Below, one piece after another: positions 26,248 through 40,067 of a stretch of DNA of 64,000 nucleotides. The notes under the pieces are model-generated. The model saw only the letters and a program-made list of their open reading frames with translations, was not told the origin of the DNA and searched no databases. Each line of letters opens with the position of its first letter. The stretch's first letter is position 1. Source of the stretch: Azolla caroliniana (Eukaryota > Plantae > Polypodiophyta); the NCBI GenBank assembly GCA_043228905.1, contig JBHGNT010000007.1:4030001-4094000 (forward strand), given 5' to 3'. The position numbers and the translations under genes are program-made.

Positions 26248-27544
26248 CCGTTTATTAGTAAATTTATTGATCATTGAGATTCAATACTCAATTCCTCACA
26301 CACTATATAAAAATGATGCACTTTTGATCCTGCTGATCAAAACTGACATTTGAGGACAATAACAAATATATATATATAATATGATTGTTGGCTTGTAGCA
26401 TTGAATTCCTAAATTTTAGAGAACAGAAATTCGACCCACCATTGGGTAGGTGGTGCCTCATACATACATTGTAATTGGTCTATTGTTGTGTAAAGACTAC
26501 ATGTTTATAGTTTTGTAAATCTTTACAATTAGTTCGACCAAGGTCGTCTTATGGAGTCGGATCATCGTCTTCCCTTTGGTTGTTGAGATAGCTAGATTCA
26601 ATCGACAATCATGTGATTGAGTAAGGCATATAAGCACAAGTTTGGCAAGAACAATTCAAATATATTGAAAGAATTCAAAACAAATACCTCTTTAGAATGA
26701 TTCGTTGGCTAAACCAATGGGTTATAAAAAGGACATTTTTAAAATATATGCAATTATATACAAGGACCTCACATCTCACACTAAGTATAATACCATAATA
26801 GGATTATACACAATGGGAGAAATACAAACAATCAAATTATACACGAGAAAATACTATCTAACATATTAGATTTGTTTTGATGTTACAATCCGCTCTTCCT
26901 TTTTGTCTATATTTTCTAAACCTTCTATTAAAAAGTTAACAAGTACGCATTTACTCTCTCAATCAATCATACAAAGATTAAATAAGTAACAAAAGATTTC
27001 TCAAACCACAACCTAGCTAAACACGATTCGATTATGTAAAGATTTAACCGATGCTCAAGCAAGAACGATCGATTGTGCTTCGATCAGTTGGTACTCCTCC
27101 ATTGCTTGTCTTAAAAGCTCTTGCTCCAACTTCAACTTCTTTCTCGAGCTACTTCCCCCCCACAAGTTCTACACATTGCTTCTACAGTTTGCCACCTCTC
27201 GCTATATACATAACCAACACGTTAGGTCTCAAGTGAACTCTCTCAACCACTCATCTAGATCGACACATCAAGGAACTTTTTTTGTTGATAGAGAGAGAGA
27301 GAGAGAGAGCAAAGGTGGTATTGTTGAACCTATTCCGCCTTCAAGTATTTATATAACCATGGAAGGGCACTTAGTTTTGGCCGCATGCCCATAGATACGA
27401 TTCAGCCGCAAAAGCTTCATTGGATCCGAGGAAGGAATGTGACCCGCGTAAAAAACCATAACACTCTCAGGAGTGTAAGGAGCTTCATATGCATTACCTT
27501 ACCTTACATTACTAAAGAGACAGGAGGAAAAGAAGGGGCAGCGG

Positions 27545-27630
27545 GAGAAACGCAAAAGCTCCAGAGAGGGAAACGCAAAAGCTACAGAGACGGAAACGCA
27601 AAAGATACAGAGACGGAAAACGCAAAAGAT
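27545..27630 (+). repeat. 4 x ~22-bp tandem repeat (GAAACGCAAAAG core) upstream of the acidic ORF
   Basis: GGAAACGCAAAAG(C/A)T(A/C)CAGAGA is repeated four times. Confidence 0.8.
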
Positions 27631-27793
27631 TAGGAGGGCAAAACCCACGCAGTACATATATGTACATATAGAGAGCGCCGGAGGAACAGAAAGGCGTAGC
27701 AGCAGCACAGAAAAAAGCAGAGAGCAGAAGAAGCTCACAGAAAGCTTAGAGAGAGAGAGAGACAGAGAAGGTAAGGGTTAACAGGTTAGAAGG

Positions 27794-28339
27794 ATGAGGG
27801 TAAGTTGGATTCAAGACCTGTTCAAGAGGCATCAAAATCAACACTACCCCTTCCCTCATGAATATGAATATGAATATGATGATGATGATGATGGCAGCTA
27901 TGACTACGATGGTGATGGCAAGGCTTCTCAATGCATGCGCTTGCTGCGCAGCATGAAGAAACTTGCCTCGCATTACATAAGCAAATTATACTTTAGCACA
28001 AGTGGTAGAAAAGAAGATCAAGAAGACAACGAGGACGCTGTCAATGAGGGTGAAGATTATGGCAATGACGGTGAAGAGGATGCTGATGAAGATTATAATG
28101 ATGCCGATGTTAACAATGGTGGTGATGATGGAAATTCCGATGCAGGATTCAATCCTGTTAACAATGGTGATGCTGATGGAAATTACTATGCAGGATTCAA
28201 TCCTGTTGGTGATGATATCCTTGGTGGCCCATATTATTACAATCAATGTTTCATGAGAAAGCTTGGCACCATTGTCGAGCTTCCAAATGAAGGATTTGAT
28301 GGTGATGATGATGATATTCATACCAAGTCTCAGCATTGA
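27794..28339 (+). CDS. hypothetical acidic, Asp/Glu/Asn/Gly-rich disordered protein (181 aa, intronless)
   Basis: Open ATG-TGA frame with coding-like GAT/GAA codon periodicity, a purine-rich leader and an internal AGFNPV repeat. No family recognised. Confidence 0.55.
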   Translation: MRVSWIQDLFKRHQNQHYPFPHEYEYEYDDDDDGSYDYDGDGKASQCMRLLRSMKKLASHYISKLYFSTSGRKEDQEDNEDAVNEGEDYGNDGEEDADEDYNDADVNNGGDDGNSDAGFNPVNNGDADGNYYAGFNPVGDDILGGPYYYNQCFMRKLGTIVELPNEGFDGDDDDIHTKSQH

Positions 28340-29208
28340 AAGAAGACGGATGTGATTCAGTAGTGCATAATACTTCTCTCCAAGAATTTGTACATACCTA
28401 ATAAATATATAAGTGCCCAAGTTTACAACCACCATCACATGGTATCCAAAACCCATCATAAAGTGGTACGAATGTGCAAAAGAAGACCTGTGTTTCTTTG
28501 TAAATAACAAGTTTGTGAGACTACAAATATTTGATGACATTTTTGAAAGCTTTTTGATGCCATGGAGTGTTTTCCCACATGCTTGATGGTCTTTGTATGA
28601 ACCATACATTGTCTTTAAATACATGGTTTCTTCTTTCACCATTATGCTTAGTTACCACAAGCATTGATAATACCATCCACTCACAAGTAATTTAAAGTTT
28701 TGCTTCAAAAGAAAATACTTCAGCATTGATATGTTAGGCAAAATGTTACGAATATACAATTCTTTTAAGGAGACCAAAAGATCCTATACACCAAACACTC
28801 ATAAAAATAATGTAAACTTAAATTGTACTTGTTTCATTATGTTACAAATAATACAACATCGTTCAACAAGACCAAAACATTCTTTACACTCGTCACTAAT
28901 TTTGGCAATTTTTTTCCTCACACAGATGCTTTGCCACATCAATATCCAAAGATTCTAGTACAACAAGACTTTTTACACAGAATATACAACCATCACTGTA
29001 TGCTCACATGATGCTTTCTATACATGTCTATGTGTGTGCATCACTACACATTAATGTATGTAGCATTACAAAAAAGAGTGTGCGCATGTTTAGATGGATG
29101 GGTGGATGTGTATATACAATCTATGTATGGGTATAGGTGTGTGTAAATTGTATATATGTATGCATGTACATAAGAAGACATCAGTATCATATAGTCATCA
29201 CACATGGG

Positions 29209-32200
29209 CTATCTCTGAGAATGCATGCTTCGAGCAACCCAGGCACTCGACTCAAAATCGGCTGATATTTGCACTCGGAGGATTTCATGTAGTATGCCCC
29301 GATTGATGACTTCTAGGAATGATCTCGGTTCTAACTCAGTTAGATTAATCAATGATGCTATTCGCATGTGCATCTCATCATGTCGACGAAAACCATTTCT
29401 CCAGCAGCCAAGGCTCCACCATCTCAAACACACTTGTCTTTCTCCTATGTTGTTCTTTAGTAGAGCCTCCCTCACATCTTTACTCTGCTAAGTGAATATG
29501 GAATTATGGTAAGATGCACTTCGTTGTTTTAAGAAAACTACCAAAATGCTTCATGTACAAAATTCTTGAAGTACTTACTCCTAATACTTACAAATATCCC
29601 AAAATACCCTCTTTTTAACAAAATCCCAAAGCACCCTTCTCTATTGAAAACATTTGGGGTAATTTGGGAGTTTCATGAAACATTGATAGATTTTTCTCGT
29701 TTTAAATGGCATATAGTGCCAATATCCGACATAATCAGTTACCTGTATTTTCAGCTGCAGAAGGCAGTAATGCATACCAAGAAGGTTGACAAGGACACTA
29801 TGCTTTGCTGCCAGCAAGAATATCTGAACATCTGAAAATTGAAGGCCCATTGAAATAAGCAAGGCCATAGCTTTCTGGTACTCTGTCACTTCTAATGAAT
29901 CATAACAAGCCCTTGCTTTTACATATTCGACGATGGTCATAGCACCAGATGCCATTTGTTTGTGCAAATGTATATATGTGGCACGCCAACCCTGCATCAT
30001 GCAATATTCTTAGTGGCCTTCTTATATCATAATGCATGGTACCAATTATTAGAATGCATGGTACCACACAAGCTACTTGATAGTCATGATTCCTGTTGTC
30101 ATAAGGGTTACTTTATAGTTTAACTATCGATTGAGCTCTTTGAGATTTTGTTTTTGTATTTATGAAGGATATTAGATGACACCAAAATTTAGAAGTTATT
30201 TCGGAACTCATTGGACACCTTAGCCTCTTCAAAGTCGTTAAGGTAATTCTTTCCTTCTCTGTAGGACAACTTTGAGGAAAATGTAATCCACTAGGATTTT
30301 GTGGAAGCTACGAAGCTAGGATTAGGCCTGAAAAAGTCTCAAATAATTTATTGACTTTATCAATCTTCTTCATGCATCATGGTGGATTGACAGATTCGTG
30401 GAGTTTAGCCAAATCAGTTAGACAAGTTTGTCCTATTACTGCATTACTATTTACAGTTGCAACTCCACTATTTCTGTGCATAGATAATCTAGTGTGAACC
30501 AGTCAACTTTAATGTTTTGGAAACGCATGACTGGCAAGATTTTGTGGCACAACCATATGCAGGTGATATATCATTCATGTCACCAAACAACCCAATGATA
30601 TGAGAGTGATAATGGATGCCCTCAAATTGTATGGATTAGTTTTGCATAATTTAACAAGTTTAAACTCTTACTCTTCACAAGATACAACTGCCATCAAGCT
30701 CTGAGGCCAGGTCAGATTGTTATCCCAAACAAAATGGTTAGAAAATTTAGATCGGATGGAATGCAACAAGGAAAGTATAGGCCGGACGAGTTCTGCAAAA
30801 AGTGCAACAAAAGCTAAGTTATTGGCGTATTACAAGATGGCCCCTCCGAAGTAAGCTGGAAATAGTTAGTCCATATTCATGGCTTACATGCAGATTAACT
30901 TGATTATGGTTCATTGGCCCAAACAAATGATCTGAAAGGTTAACTCAGAAATTGTAGAACACTTTTGGTGCTCTAAATGGTCACACAAAGGTGTAAGTTT
31001 CCTATCACAAGAGAAATTATGCACCACATGAATATAAGGAGGAATAAACTTTCTTAATTTTCAAGTTGCATACATTGTCTAGAAATGCAATTTCATAGTC
31101 ATAATTCGCTCAACAGACATTGCCTTGGGCAAAGATGCTAGCATTATGTTTGTTTGTCAATTTAAAAACCAGGACATTTGGCTCATGGAATACTAACCAT
31201 TGGGATATCATTTTAGGAAACGCTTGATGGACATATCAAAGGATGTCCATTTAGTTCCAAGTTTCTAAAAGACTGGAAGGTAGCATTGCAGTTATAAAAT
31301 GGAAAGGAAGAAACTCGAAATCAGGGAACCTTCTGCGCTTAGAAAGCTTACATATGACTGCTATATTTCCAGAATCATTAGTAGAACAAGAATCTAGAAA
31401 AGCTGTTTTCTAAGAAATGAAGGAGGTGAAATCAATTCAGAATGTATAAATTATGGTCACTTATTCCGCTTCGATGACATGGCATGTTGTTCTAGTTTTG
31501 GCCAACATCATCGACCCATATGGAATAAAGTGGCAGTTGGTACTCTCATAAGTGCTTCTGCTAGTTTTACACAGATTATAGTATTCATGATTGGATGCTG
31601 GAAAAGGCAATATTGTTACTGCAGTGGATAAGATTAACACACATTCAGTGCATTAGTTGTTATAATTCTCCTCATGGTTTCAAGAGCCTACAAATGCTTT
31701 GTGGCACTTGCACAAATTATGGCCATGGTGATAAAAGAGGCTTATGAGTGCAGGGAGGTCTGGTCTTCCATATAAGCTTATTGGACATGCTTATTGGGTG
31801 TGCTTCCCACAGGGTTGAATCTTGAAAGGAGAAAGATAACTTTGTCGCATCGTGCACGTTGTGGTGGAGAATCAAAAACCATCTTATACTTCTTATGGAC
31901 CTGCTCAATCACCAAAACATTTACATAAAGAATACATGCATCACTTTTATCCAGATTTCCCAAGCAAAGGTTTGGGAATAACATTTGGTTGTTTGGACAG
32001 ATCCTGTGTGACCTATCAACCATGCTTATTTCCTCCAATTGACAATATTTTGGTCACTTTGGACCATCTGGATGACCAACAATTGTAAGGTCTTAAGTGA
32101 AAACCAACTGCAAGAAGCTAGCTTCTTCAAGCAATGCCTCAGTCATTCCTGTTCATTTGTCTTCAACTTACGGGACATCCCATCAGCAGTTCTAAGCATT

Positions 32201-33859
32201 TTAGTGTCTACTGGACACTGTGTACATTTCTCTTAGATATTTTTGGGTTTTCAACTTACATTGAGGTTTCCCACTTGTAATATAAGTATTAAACAAAAAA
32301 CAATTGATGGAAAATGCCGCAATTCTCTTGCAGTTAGAAAATGCATTGAGTAAAGAATGACAATATAATGGGATCCTACCTCCCTTCATGCATATTCTGA
32401 AAACACACATGATATGCTATCCCTCTAGGAGCTAGAGGAATAGAGTTCTTTTTCAACATATGTGCAAACACACAAAATTACTCGTTTGGGAAGAATTGTT
32501 ATTGAATGAGCAGTTTAACAGACATAAAAATATAAAAAATCCAAATGAAACTGTAAAAGAGGATAAGATGAGATTTTGAACCTTGCAACGAGTATTTGTT
32601 TCCTCTAAAGTTAAAAGACCATTTCTTTTGACATCATAGACTTCTCCTCCTTTGAGTTTACTTGATGAGTTCAGCCGATGCCATCTTTTTTGGTAAAGGA
32701 TATGCCAAACAATATTTGAAGAACAAAGAAGATGCCATTGCCTAGAACAAGCACCCAGAGAGCATACATCCAAAACCTACATCAATCAATTGTGGTATAC
32801 CCTCTTAATAAGTCAATATAAATCTTCTTCTCCCAAGAAGAAAACATTCATATATGCATACATCAACAATACGTTTCATGATTAATATCATAAGATGCAT
32901 GCCTATTCATTAACTCACGTACTTAACCAAAGAGTGCATAGACACACATACATATATACATGTATCCATAAAATGGATACAAAATAAGGAATCCATGTGT
33001 ACCCAAAAGGTAGACTCATGGAATGCAAATATCCATCACACATGCATATCGAAAATATGTTATGTGATCGATGCATAAGCTTTGTGTGTCGATCCACCCA
33101 ATATGTGCAGAAACGTATAGACAGATACATCAAATAAAATGGGTAAAAACAAAGTGTCAAGAGTGATTATACGAACAACCGATAGATTACACATACATTG
33201 ATGCACCACATCGAATGGATAGAAATAAAGAAATAGGATCGAATATAGATGCATCCAATGAATACACGTACATAGATGCATCACTTCAAATGGATAGCAA
33301 TAAAGCAATAAGATTACGTTTGGATGTATCCAATAAATAAAATGAGGGGCATCACGAAATATGGATAGGAAGTAAGAATCAAGAATAATTATGTAAAAAT
33401 TCAAATATATATACATACATACATGAATCAGATGGAACAGTTACAAATAATGTATGGATGCAAATGGACCCAATGGAACATATACATAGATGCATCACAT
33501 CAAATGGATCCGAGGAATACAGGTAACATGTAAATGGATAGAACTAAGCATCAAAGTCATCATGTATGCTTACACATACACAATCAGTCTTAATTCACAT
33601 GATACATACATATATACACAGGCATACACGCATACGCATACATGTACACACACGCATATAGATACGTCACATCAAATGGTCCCAATACACATTCACAGAT
33701 GAAGAATCAGAGAAAGCAAATAGGAAGAACCATTAGAGAAGGTCAAACCAGTTTACTTACAGAAAGGAGAGTGATGATGTTAGTACAAATATCTCCAGGT
33801 ATCTCAAGTTGTTGAATTATTATTGGAGCATTATCTTCTCCTCTGCAAAGTATTTCCAT
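29209..33859 (-). CDS. F-box domain protein with plant-conserved C-terminal domain (~273 aa)
   Basis: Exons 33859-33761, 32776-32582, 29991-29743 and 29487(or 29484)-29209, all phase 0 GT-AG. F-box: IPGDICTNIITLLS|VLDVCSLGACSRQWHLLCSSNIVW. C-terminal motifs RQVCLRWWSLG..GFRRHDE and RGILHEILRVQIS. Confidence 0.85.
30900..32230 (-). pseudogene. heavily decayed coding relic, possibly PPR-derived, inside F-box intron 2
   Basis: Broken fragments reminiscent of PLS-PPR (e.g. ..VNVL.., ..MVFD.., HEPNVL, CASATK). No long frame, and boundaries are uncertain. Confidence 0.35.
32930..33700. repeat. degenerate minisatellite (core GATGCATCACATCAAATGGAT) in F-box intron 1
   Basis: The core recurs at about 33200, 33275, 33348, 33489 and 33661 with variable spacing. 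Confidence 0.6.
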
Positions 33860-34032
33860 GGCCAAAAAATAGCAGAAGAAGAAGGAGAAGAAGAAGACAA
33901 TGGGGAGAAACAGAGCATTTCCTTTTGTAAATCAAAAGAATAAATAAAGGAAGACAAGAAAAATTAATAAACACTTTTTTAAAATGATGTTTTCACTTTC
34001 CATTTAAGAATTAGATTTTTAGTCAAAATCTG

Positions 34033-34187
34033 GTCATTAATGGGGAGCAATTAGTGAGTAATTAGTTATTTTAGCATGGAGCTCATTAATGGAGAGTAAT
34101 TAGTGAATAATTAGTTATTTTAGTATGGAGGTCATTCATGGAATGTAATTAGTGAATAATTAGTTATTTCACCATGGAGGTCATTAA
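34033..34187. repeat. 3 x ~49-bp tandem repeat in the F-box gene promoter region
   Basis: TCATT(A/C)ATGG..(G)TAATTAGTGA.TAATTAGTTATTT...ATGGAG is repeated three times. Confidence 0.85.
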
Positions 34188-35860
34188 CAACTATCAAGCG
34201 TATTGTTGAGAGAATGGTCTTTGTATAAGGCAACTAACCCTAATAGCTCCTTATCCTCGTGGGTTTTAATGTGCTCATTAACACGAGGCTTTAACATTGT
34301 CAACGAATGAAGGTTAATTTATGATTTTGTGACAATCTTCATGTGTTGATTCCTTTCGATAACAAATGTGCATTTACTTCTTCCCTTTTATCATACATCG
34401 CCAGAATTCACTTGTTTCGATGACTCATAATGTTACCATCGTTATGTAAACTTTTATTATCCATGATTTTGCACCCCAGGATAATAATGGTGCGGGAAAA
34501 AATGATTGAAAAATGGGTTTGCCTAGGTTTAAAATAAGGAGAATTCAAGGCTCACAAAGTGTGCATCATTGGGTTCATTAATATTCCCCTAGTAGGAATT
34601 GGGCTTTACCTTGAATTTTCATAATGTTTTGCTCTTTTAAGCAAATGTAAGAAAATTCCTCGAACTTGTTGTCGTTAATTTTGATGGTTCGCCTAAAATA
34701 ATAATCAAAGAAATTAGCCATAAGTTTTCAAAGGCCTTGAATGTAAAGTATTAACCACTATGACTATGACTATAAGCATAGTGTATGGTGTTTGTTATAT
34801 AGGTTAAGAACATAACACCACAAGCATTTTTAATCGTGCAATCAATATGATCATCAAACTTCGACCATGAACAATGAACTTGGATTCCTTGTGGGGGGTA
34901 TGTAGGTCCAGTGGTGTCCTAGTTTTATTCAATTAGCTGGCTTGAAAGAGATTTCAAACTACACTTTTTTATTTTGATATTTTTTATCCATTTTCGGTTT
35001 GCAAGGTTTTACTTTTTGGCATAATGTGCGTATGTTGAAAGGTAGTATGTTTACATGTGGAATTAGAAGCTTTAAAATACTAAATATCTAAAGGATATGG
35101 GGTCCTAGGAAATAATTGGATATAAAATATAAATTTTTATTCCTGTATTTATTACATGGATTATGTATTAACAAATGAGGCTGCTTATTATGATAATTTT
35201 CACCATATTAGATTAGGCGACATTTGTATATGTATTTGAATGTGGGCAAAGAATTGGTGTGCGTGGTTACAAAACTAAATTTATGAAGATTTTTTTACAA
35301 TAAACTCAACATCAAACCCAACACACAAGACTCAATTCCACAACTACAACGTCGCTACCACTGTCTTTTCTTCTTCTTCTTCTTTCCAAAAAAAGAAAGA
35401 TACGACATTATTAGAAAACGCCACAAGGCTATATGTACAATGTACATACAAGATATACCTGAAATCCCCTTTATTTTTCTAAATTCTAACCATCGGCTTA
35501 AATAAATACTTTGGTGTTGAGTAAAACCACTCCGCCTTATCAAAAAGCTGTCTATAAAATATACCAATGTCCCTGATGGCATAAAATACATACAAGTTCC
35601 GCTTGGGTCACAACCACAACCTTTGACATCACATCGGCAAATTCATGGTTATAGTTTACTCTCACCAAAACTGAATGGGAACCTCACAAATTGTTAAAGC
35701 AAACTATTGAGAAATGTGCATGGGTTGAGCAAGATTGCACACGAAAACAAGTCCATGAAATGAAAAACATATGATACCTCCTATATTTCTTCCTAACTAA
35801 TGGGTAGCATACATACTTTTTTGGAGAATAAAATAAAATAAAAATGCTCTAGTAAATTAA

Positions 35861-35894
<34 letters not shown>

Positions 35895-36754
35895 AGTGAA
35901 AGCGTATGATCATAAAAAATGTGTGTGAAAAGCCTTTGTTAGGATGAACGGACAAGTGAATTTTTTAAGCAATATTTCAAAATTTTAAAGGCCCCCCTAG
36001 CTTTGATGTTTTAACATTGTTGGGATTCTAGTTGTATGCCTTGAGCATAGAAGGTTTGTCTCGTTAAATTAGTTCCAAAGTTGGCATCACCCAAGTCATT
36101 TCACCAACAAAACTGCATTCTCCGATTGAAGAAGCTTTCAATCTCTTGTTGAGGGGTTGTCGTATTTTTTTTCAAAATATTTTAGTAGTTTTGATACTAA
36201 TAGCCATGGTCTTCATAATGACTTTAGTACAATTGTCAAGATACACTCATCTAACGATGTTTGACGAACCCCACTCCAATGTATGTGAAACCGTTCTTGA
36301 AATTTTGCCACATTTGCTCAAACCTCTAGAGTCACCACTTTGTTGATTTTTGAGGCACCATGTGTAGCCTTGTCGTGCATTTATTAGCCATTTTATTCTC
36401 ATAGACCTCTAGAAATCTTGTGATGTCTTCATCGTTGAATTACCAATCTTTTGAACAAGTTGTACCACGAAGTGTCAACTTGCTTTCCTATCGGTTAGTT
36501 GCGCTTTGTTCGTGTATCATTTGGCTCATCATGGTCCTCATAAAGTTGACTATGTCTACATTGATGCCGCTCTTAACCGTTTCTTCTATCAGATACTCCC
36601 CCTCGTCGACGCTTCATGATCGATACATCGAACCACCGGGGTGTAGAAAAGGAAGGGAGAGAACGAACACATACAATAGATTTAGGGGGTGTATGATTGA
36701 AGAAACAAACAATATATGATAACAATATGCTCTATTAATTAGGAACAAAATATT

Positions 36755-36830
36755 CGTTTGTTTGCCACTCCAACTCGAACCCTTGATTTCGATCTTGAGA
36801 GATGAGAAACCTTCCTAATGAGCTAGTTTG
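36755..36830 (-). mobile_element. possible tRNA-derived SINE head (Pol III A and B boxes)
   Basis: On the minus strand, A-box-like TAGCTCATTAGG (36825-36814) and B-box-like GGTTCGAGTTG (36781-36771) are 32 bp apart. No cloverleaf is evident. Confidence 0.35.
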
Positions 36831-37254
36831 TTCCCTTAATTATTAAGCAATGAGCTTTTATTGATTCCTTCATTCTTCCATTCCTTTTCCTTAAGCAAAT
36901 GTTTGAATAAGAATGCATGTGAATGTAATCGCCACTTGGCACACTTTGTGCTATGTGTGATGCATGACATCCATGTTGCTCATTTGAGTCACCATGTACG
37001 CAATATACGTAAGACATAATTATGATGGTGGAGAATATAATTTTTGTAGAAGAAGTTATCCTAATAGTTCACACTTGGTGATTGATATGTGAAGTCATGG
37101 ATTTGAACCTACTTAGAGTGGGCATGTGCCATGTGTGGATACTAGCATGCATGACACTTCGAATACTACACAAATTTGTTTTCAAGCAATTTGCTTCGTG
37201 ATAGTGCAATAATCATGAAGAAGGGGACCAAATTGATTGAACGGATCAGAAGGA

Positions 37255-37515
37255 GGTTATGAACACGCGTTGAAAGATGGGATTTAGTTTTTGACACCCG
37301 AGGAACTGATTGAGAGTGAATGTTATGGATGCCCAATTGATTGAATGGACGAGTAGCCAAGTTATGAACACATGTTGGAATTACTGTAACTAGATCCACT
37401 ATAAATTCATCCAAGTGAATGTTATGAATGCTCGACTGATTGAATGGATGAGTAGCCAAGTTATGAACACGCATTGGAATTATCGTTAGATAGATCCGCT
37501 ATAAACTCATCCACT
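37255..37515. repeat. ~100-bp degenerate tandem repeat (~2.5 units)
   Basis: GAGTAGCCAAGTTATGAACAC and TAGATCC.CTATAAA.TCATCCA are each repeated. Confidence 0.7.
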
Positions 37516-37875
37516 TCTAGCAGAGCTCTTCATTTCATTTGGACACCTTAAAATCCTTAGGGTTTAGAGACCTTATACACATATATATGCATAGTACGTA
37601 ATATACTCAAATGCATGGGCAACCATTCTACTTTTACACAAATGCAAACGAATGCGTACGATATCAAAACATTCTTATGTTTCTTTTTTTATTATTACAC
37701 TTTTTACCTTAAAAAATATATTTTTACCTTATAATAAATAACAAATACAAAAGTATATTATTTACCATACTTCGAGGGTGTTTACCATACTCGGATGATT
37801 GAAACAATCTCGAATGAGAATGCACATATGGTTCATACTATGCATATATATATGTGTGTGTGTGAGAGGCAGAGA

Positions 37876-39635
37876 AAGAAAGAAAGAAAGAAAGATATAT
37901 AAACGTCTGCTAAGGCCAAATTTGGTCCATGAGACAAATGGTTTACAAAAAATGGGATATTTACCCATTCATTGAAAGTAAAATAATAATAAATAAATAA
38001 AAAGTTCTAAAAAAAAAACATGTTCTACAATGAAAAGATGTTATACTAGGCCTAATTTCATTTCCATCCAAGTCTCTTGAAGAGAAGCGGGAGGCCGAAG
38101 GGTTGCGATGTGGATGTGGCCCGTGGTCCCGATGTAAAAGGTACCCCAACCATACCTTCTAGTCGACGTAGCTCACGTTCCCTTATCTTCTTAATCTTTT
38201 TTACTCCACGTCGACTTGTTTTGAAGCCCAACTTCCGAGGGCGTTTGGTTGTTCTTTTTATTTCTGCTTCCTCAAGAGAGAGGCCGAAGCAGCGTAAGTG
38301 TATCCACATTCATCGTCTCCCCTTGTTCCTGAAAAATTACACTAGTTACATGTTGATGAATAGTAAAAGGGTTATGATTAACACTTTGTAATTTATTCTC
38401 CCTATGTTGTTTTAGCTCTAAGATATACCTACCTAGTCTTTTTACACGCGGGGTATCTAATAGTTTGGAGAGGGTGGGAGAGGGTCCTAATATGTCTTGT
38501 ATTCCGCCCGTATCTCGGCATAAGTTGGGCACTTGCATGTGAAGTGATACTCATCCTCTATCTCTATGTGGCATAACCTACATAGCCTTTCCTCTCTAGG
38601 GACTCTATTAGCTCGACCATTCTCAATCTCAAGTTGGTGAGATGATATCCTAAGTTATCCAATGGCCACCCTTAGTGCATATGATAAGAATGTATCTAGA
38701 TATCTTGGTTGTGTAATAAAACCTAACTTAGAGAAGTGCAAGAAGTGTTCCTTATAGTACAACATTTTAGATGGGAGTGGCTCTCATGGGGTGATCCATT
38801 TATATCAAGTGTAAATTTGTCATATTTCTTGGCGTATCACTTTATTACGGTTTTCATGAGAGATTAGAGTTTGATCAGTCCCATGGTTGTACTCAAGGGG
38901 AGGAAGGTTATTAATGTCTATGTTGTTTGCAAGTAACCAACTCACCACAATGCTATACCAAGAGCTAATGTCTCTAGATGCATGTAGGGATCGGGATGCC
39001 TCAAAGGCTCAACATGATATCCTATCTTGTGGTTGGCTATGTATCCGATGAATAAAAACTACCATTTGAAAGAGTGCTTCTACTAACATCGGGGGTAGAC
39101 AAAACTCTGCTCTAATAATGTCATGCGATACTGTCGATTTGCTTCGGAGTTGACGTGATAACATCATCACCAAAGGTCTCTCTAATTGTGTCCACATGAA
39201 GGATGGTAGACCTGGAGCCCATACTATTGATGCATGCATGAGGGAAGGGGTCACTAATGAGTCAAAGAGCCATCCCTTAGTCCGTGGCTCTTGAAATTAT
39301 GCCTGGTGGCATTGTCTCTCGAAGAGTGAGAGGGATGCATACCCTCTCGTTAGTCTATCTTTGGCTGCCTGGGTCATCGAGAATTTACCTAAGTGAGCAC
39401 TAAAAGTGACTCCCAAGTATACATATGATCCCACTACCTCAACTAGTTTATGAGAGAGGGTTAGGTGACATTTACTGCTAACTCGAGACGATGTATGAAA
39501 GATAAGGACTTTAGTTTTCGTTAGATTCACTACCAGTCCTGGTTGTGTACAAAAGTCATATAGGGCATTAAGTTGCTTTTGTAGGTCGTGTTCCGACTCT
39601 GAGAGCAAGATAATGTCGTCTATGTAGAGTAAGAG
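37876..39635 (-). mobile_element. 5'-truncated, decayed RTE/RTEX-like LINE
   Basis: The 5' end starts at the RT motif LLLY(I)DDIILLSES, then LVVNLTKTKVL..YVYLG (39297-39608) and broken C-terminal frames. The 3' stem-loop is at 37905-37935 and a (CTTT)n tail at about 37876-37895. Confidence 0.85.
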
Positions 39636-40067
39636 AGAAAGAGAAGAAGAAGAAGAAGAAGAAGAAGAAGATCACTTTGACTTGACTAGACTAGACTCCG
39701 AGAGCAAGACAATGTCGTCTGCGTAGAGTAAGAGAGAAAGAGAAGAAGAAGAAGAACACTTTGACTAGACTAGACTAGACTCTGGGTGGAAAGAGACAAA
39801 GGGAGAGAGAGACAGGGGAGGGTGTTTACCATACTCGGATGATTGAAACAAACTCGAATGCGAATGCACGTATGACGTATGGTACGTATGGTTATACTAT
39901 ATATGTATGTGTGTGAGAGGGAGAGAGAAAGAGAAGAAGAAGAAGAAGAACACTTGACTTGACTTGACTTGACTAGACTAGACTAGACTAGACTCTGGGT
40001 GGAAAGAGACAGAGACAGAGAGAGACAGAGGGAGAGAGAGAGAGAGAGACAGGGGAAGAGAGGGGAG

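Noticed and set aside
27035-27463. LTR-like segment (TGTAAA...ATAACA)
   Set aside because: Flanks GATTA and CTCTC do not form a TSD, and there is no partner or internal domain. Insufficient support.
27986-28642. 218-aa minus-strand ORF
   Set aside because: Mostly the antisense shadow of the low-complexity acidic ORF (Ile-rich from GAT repeats).
39999-40067. N-terminal extension MERDRDRERQ... on the TYW ORF
   Set aside because: It is a GTG start running through a GA repeat. The conserved start is MEFE at 40068.
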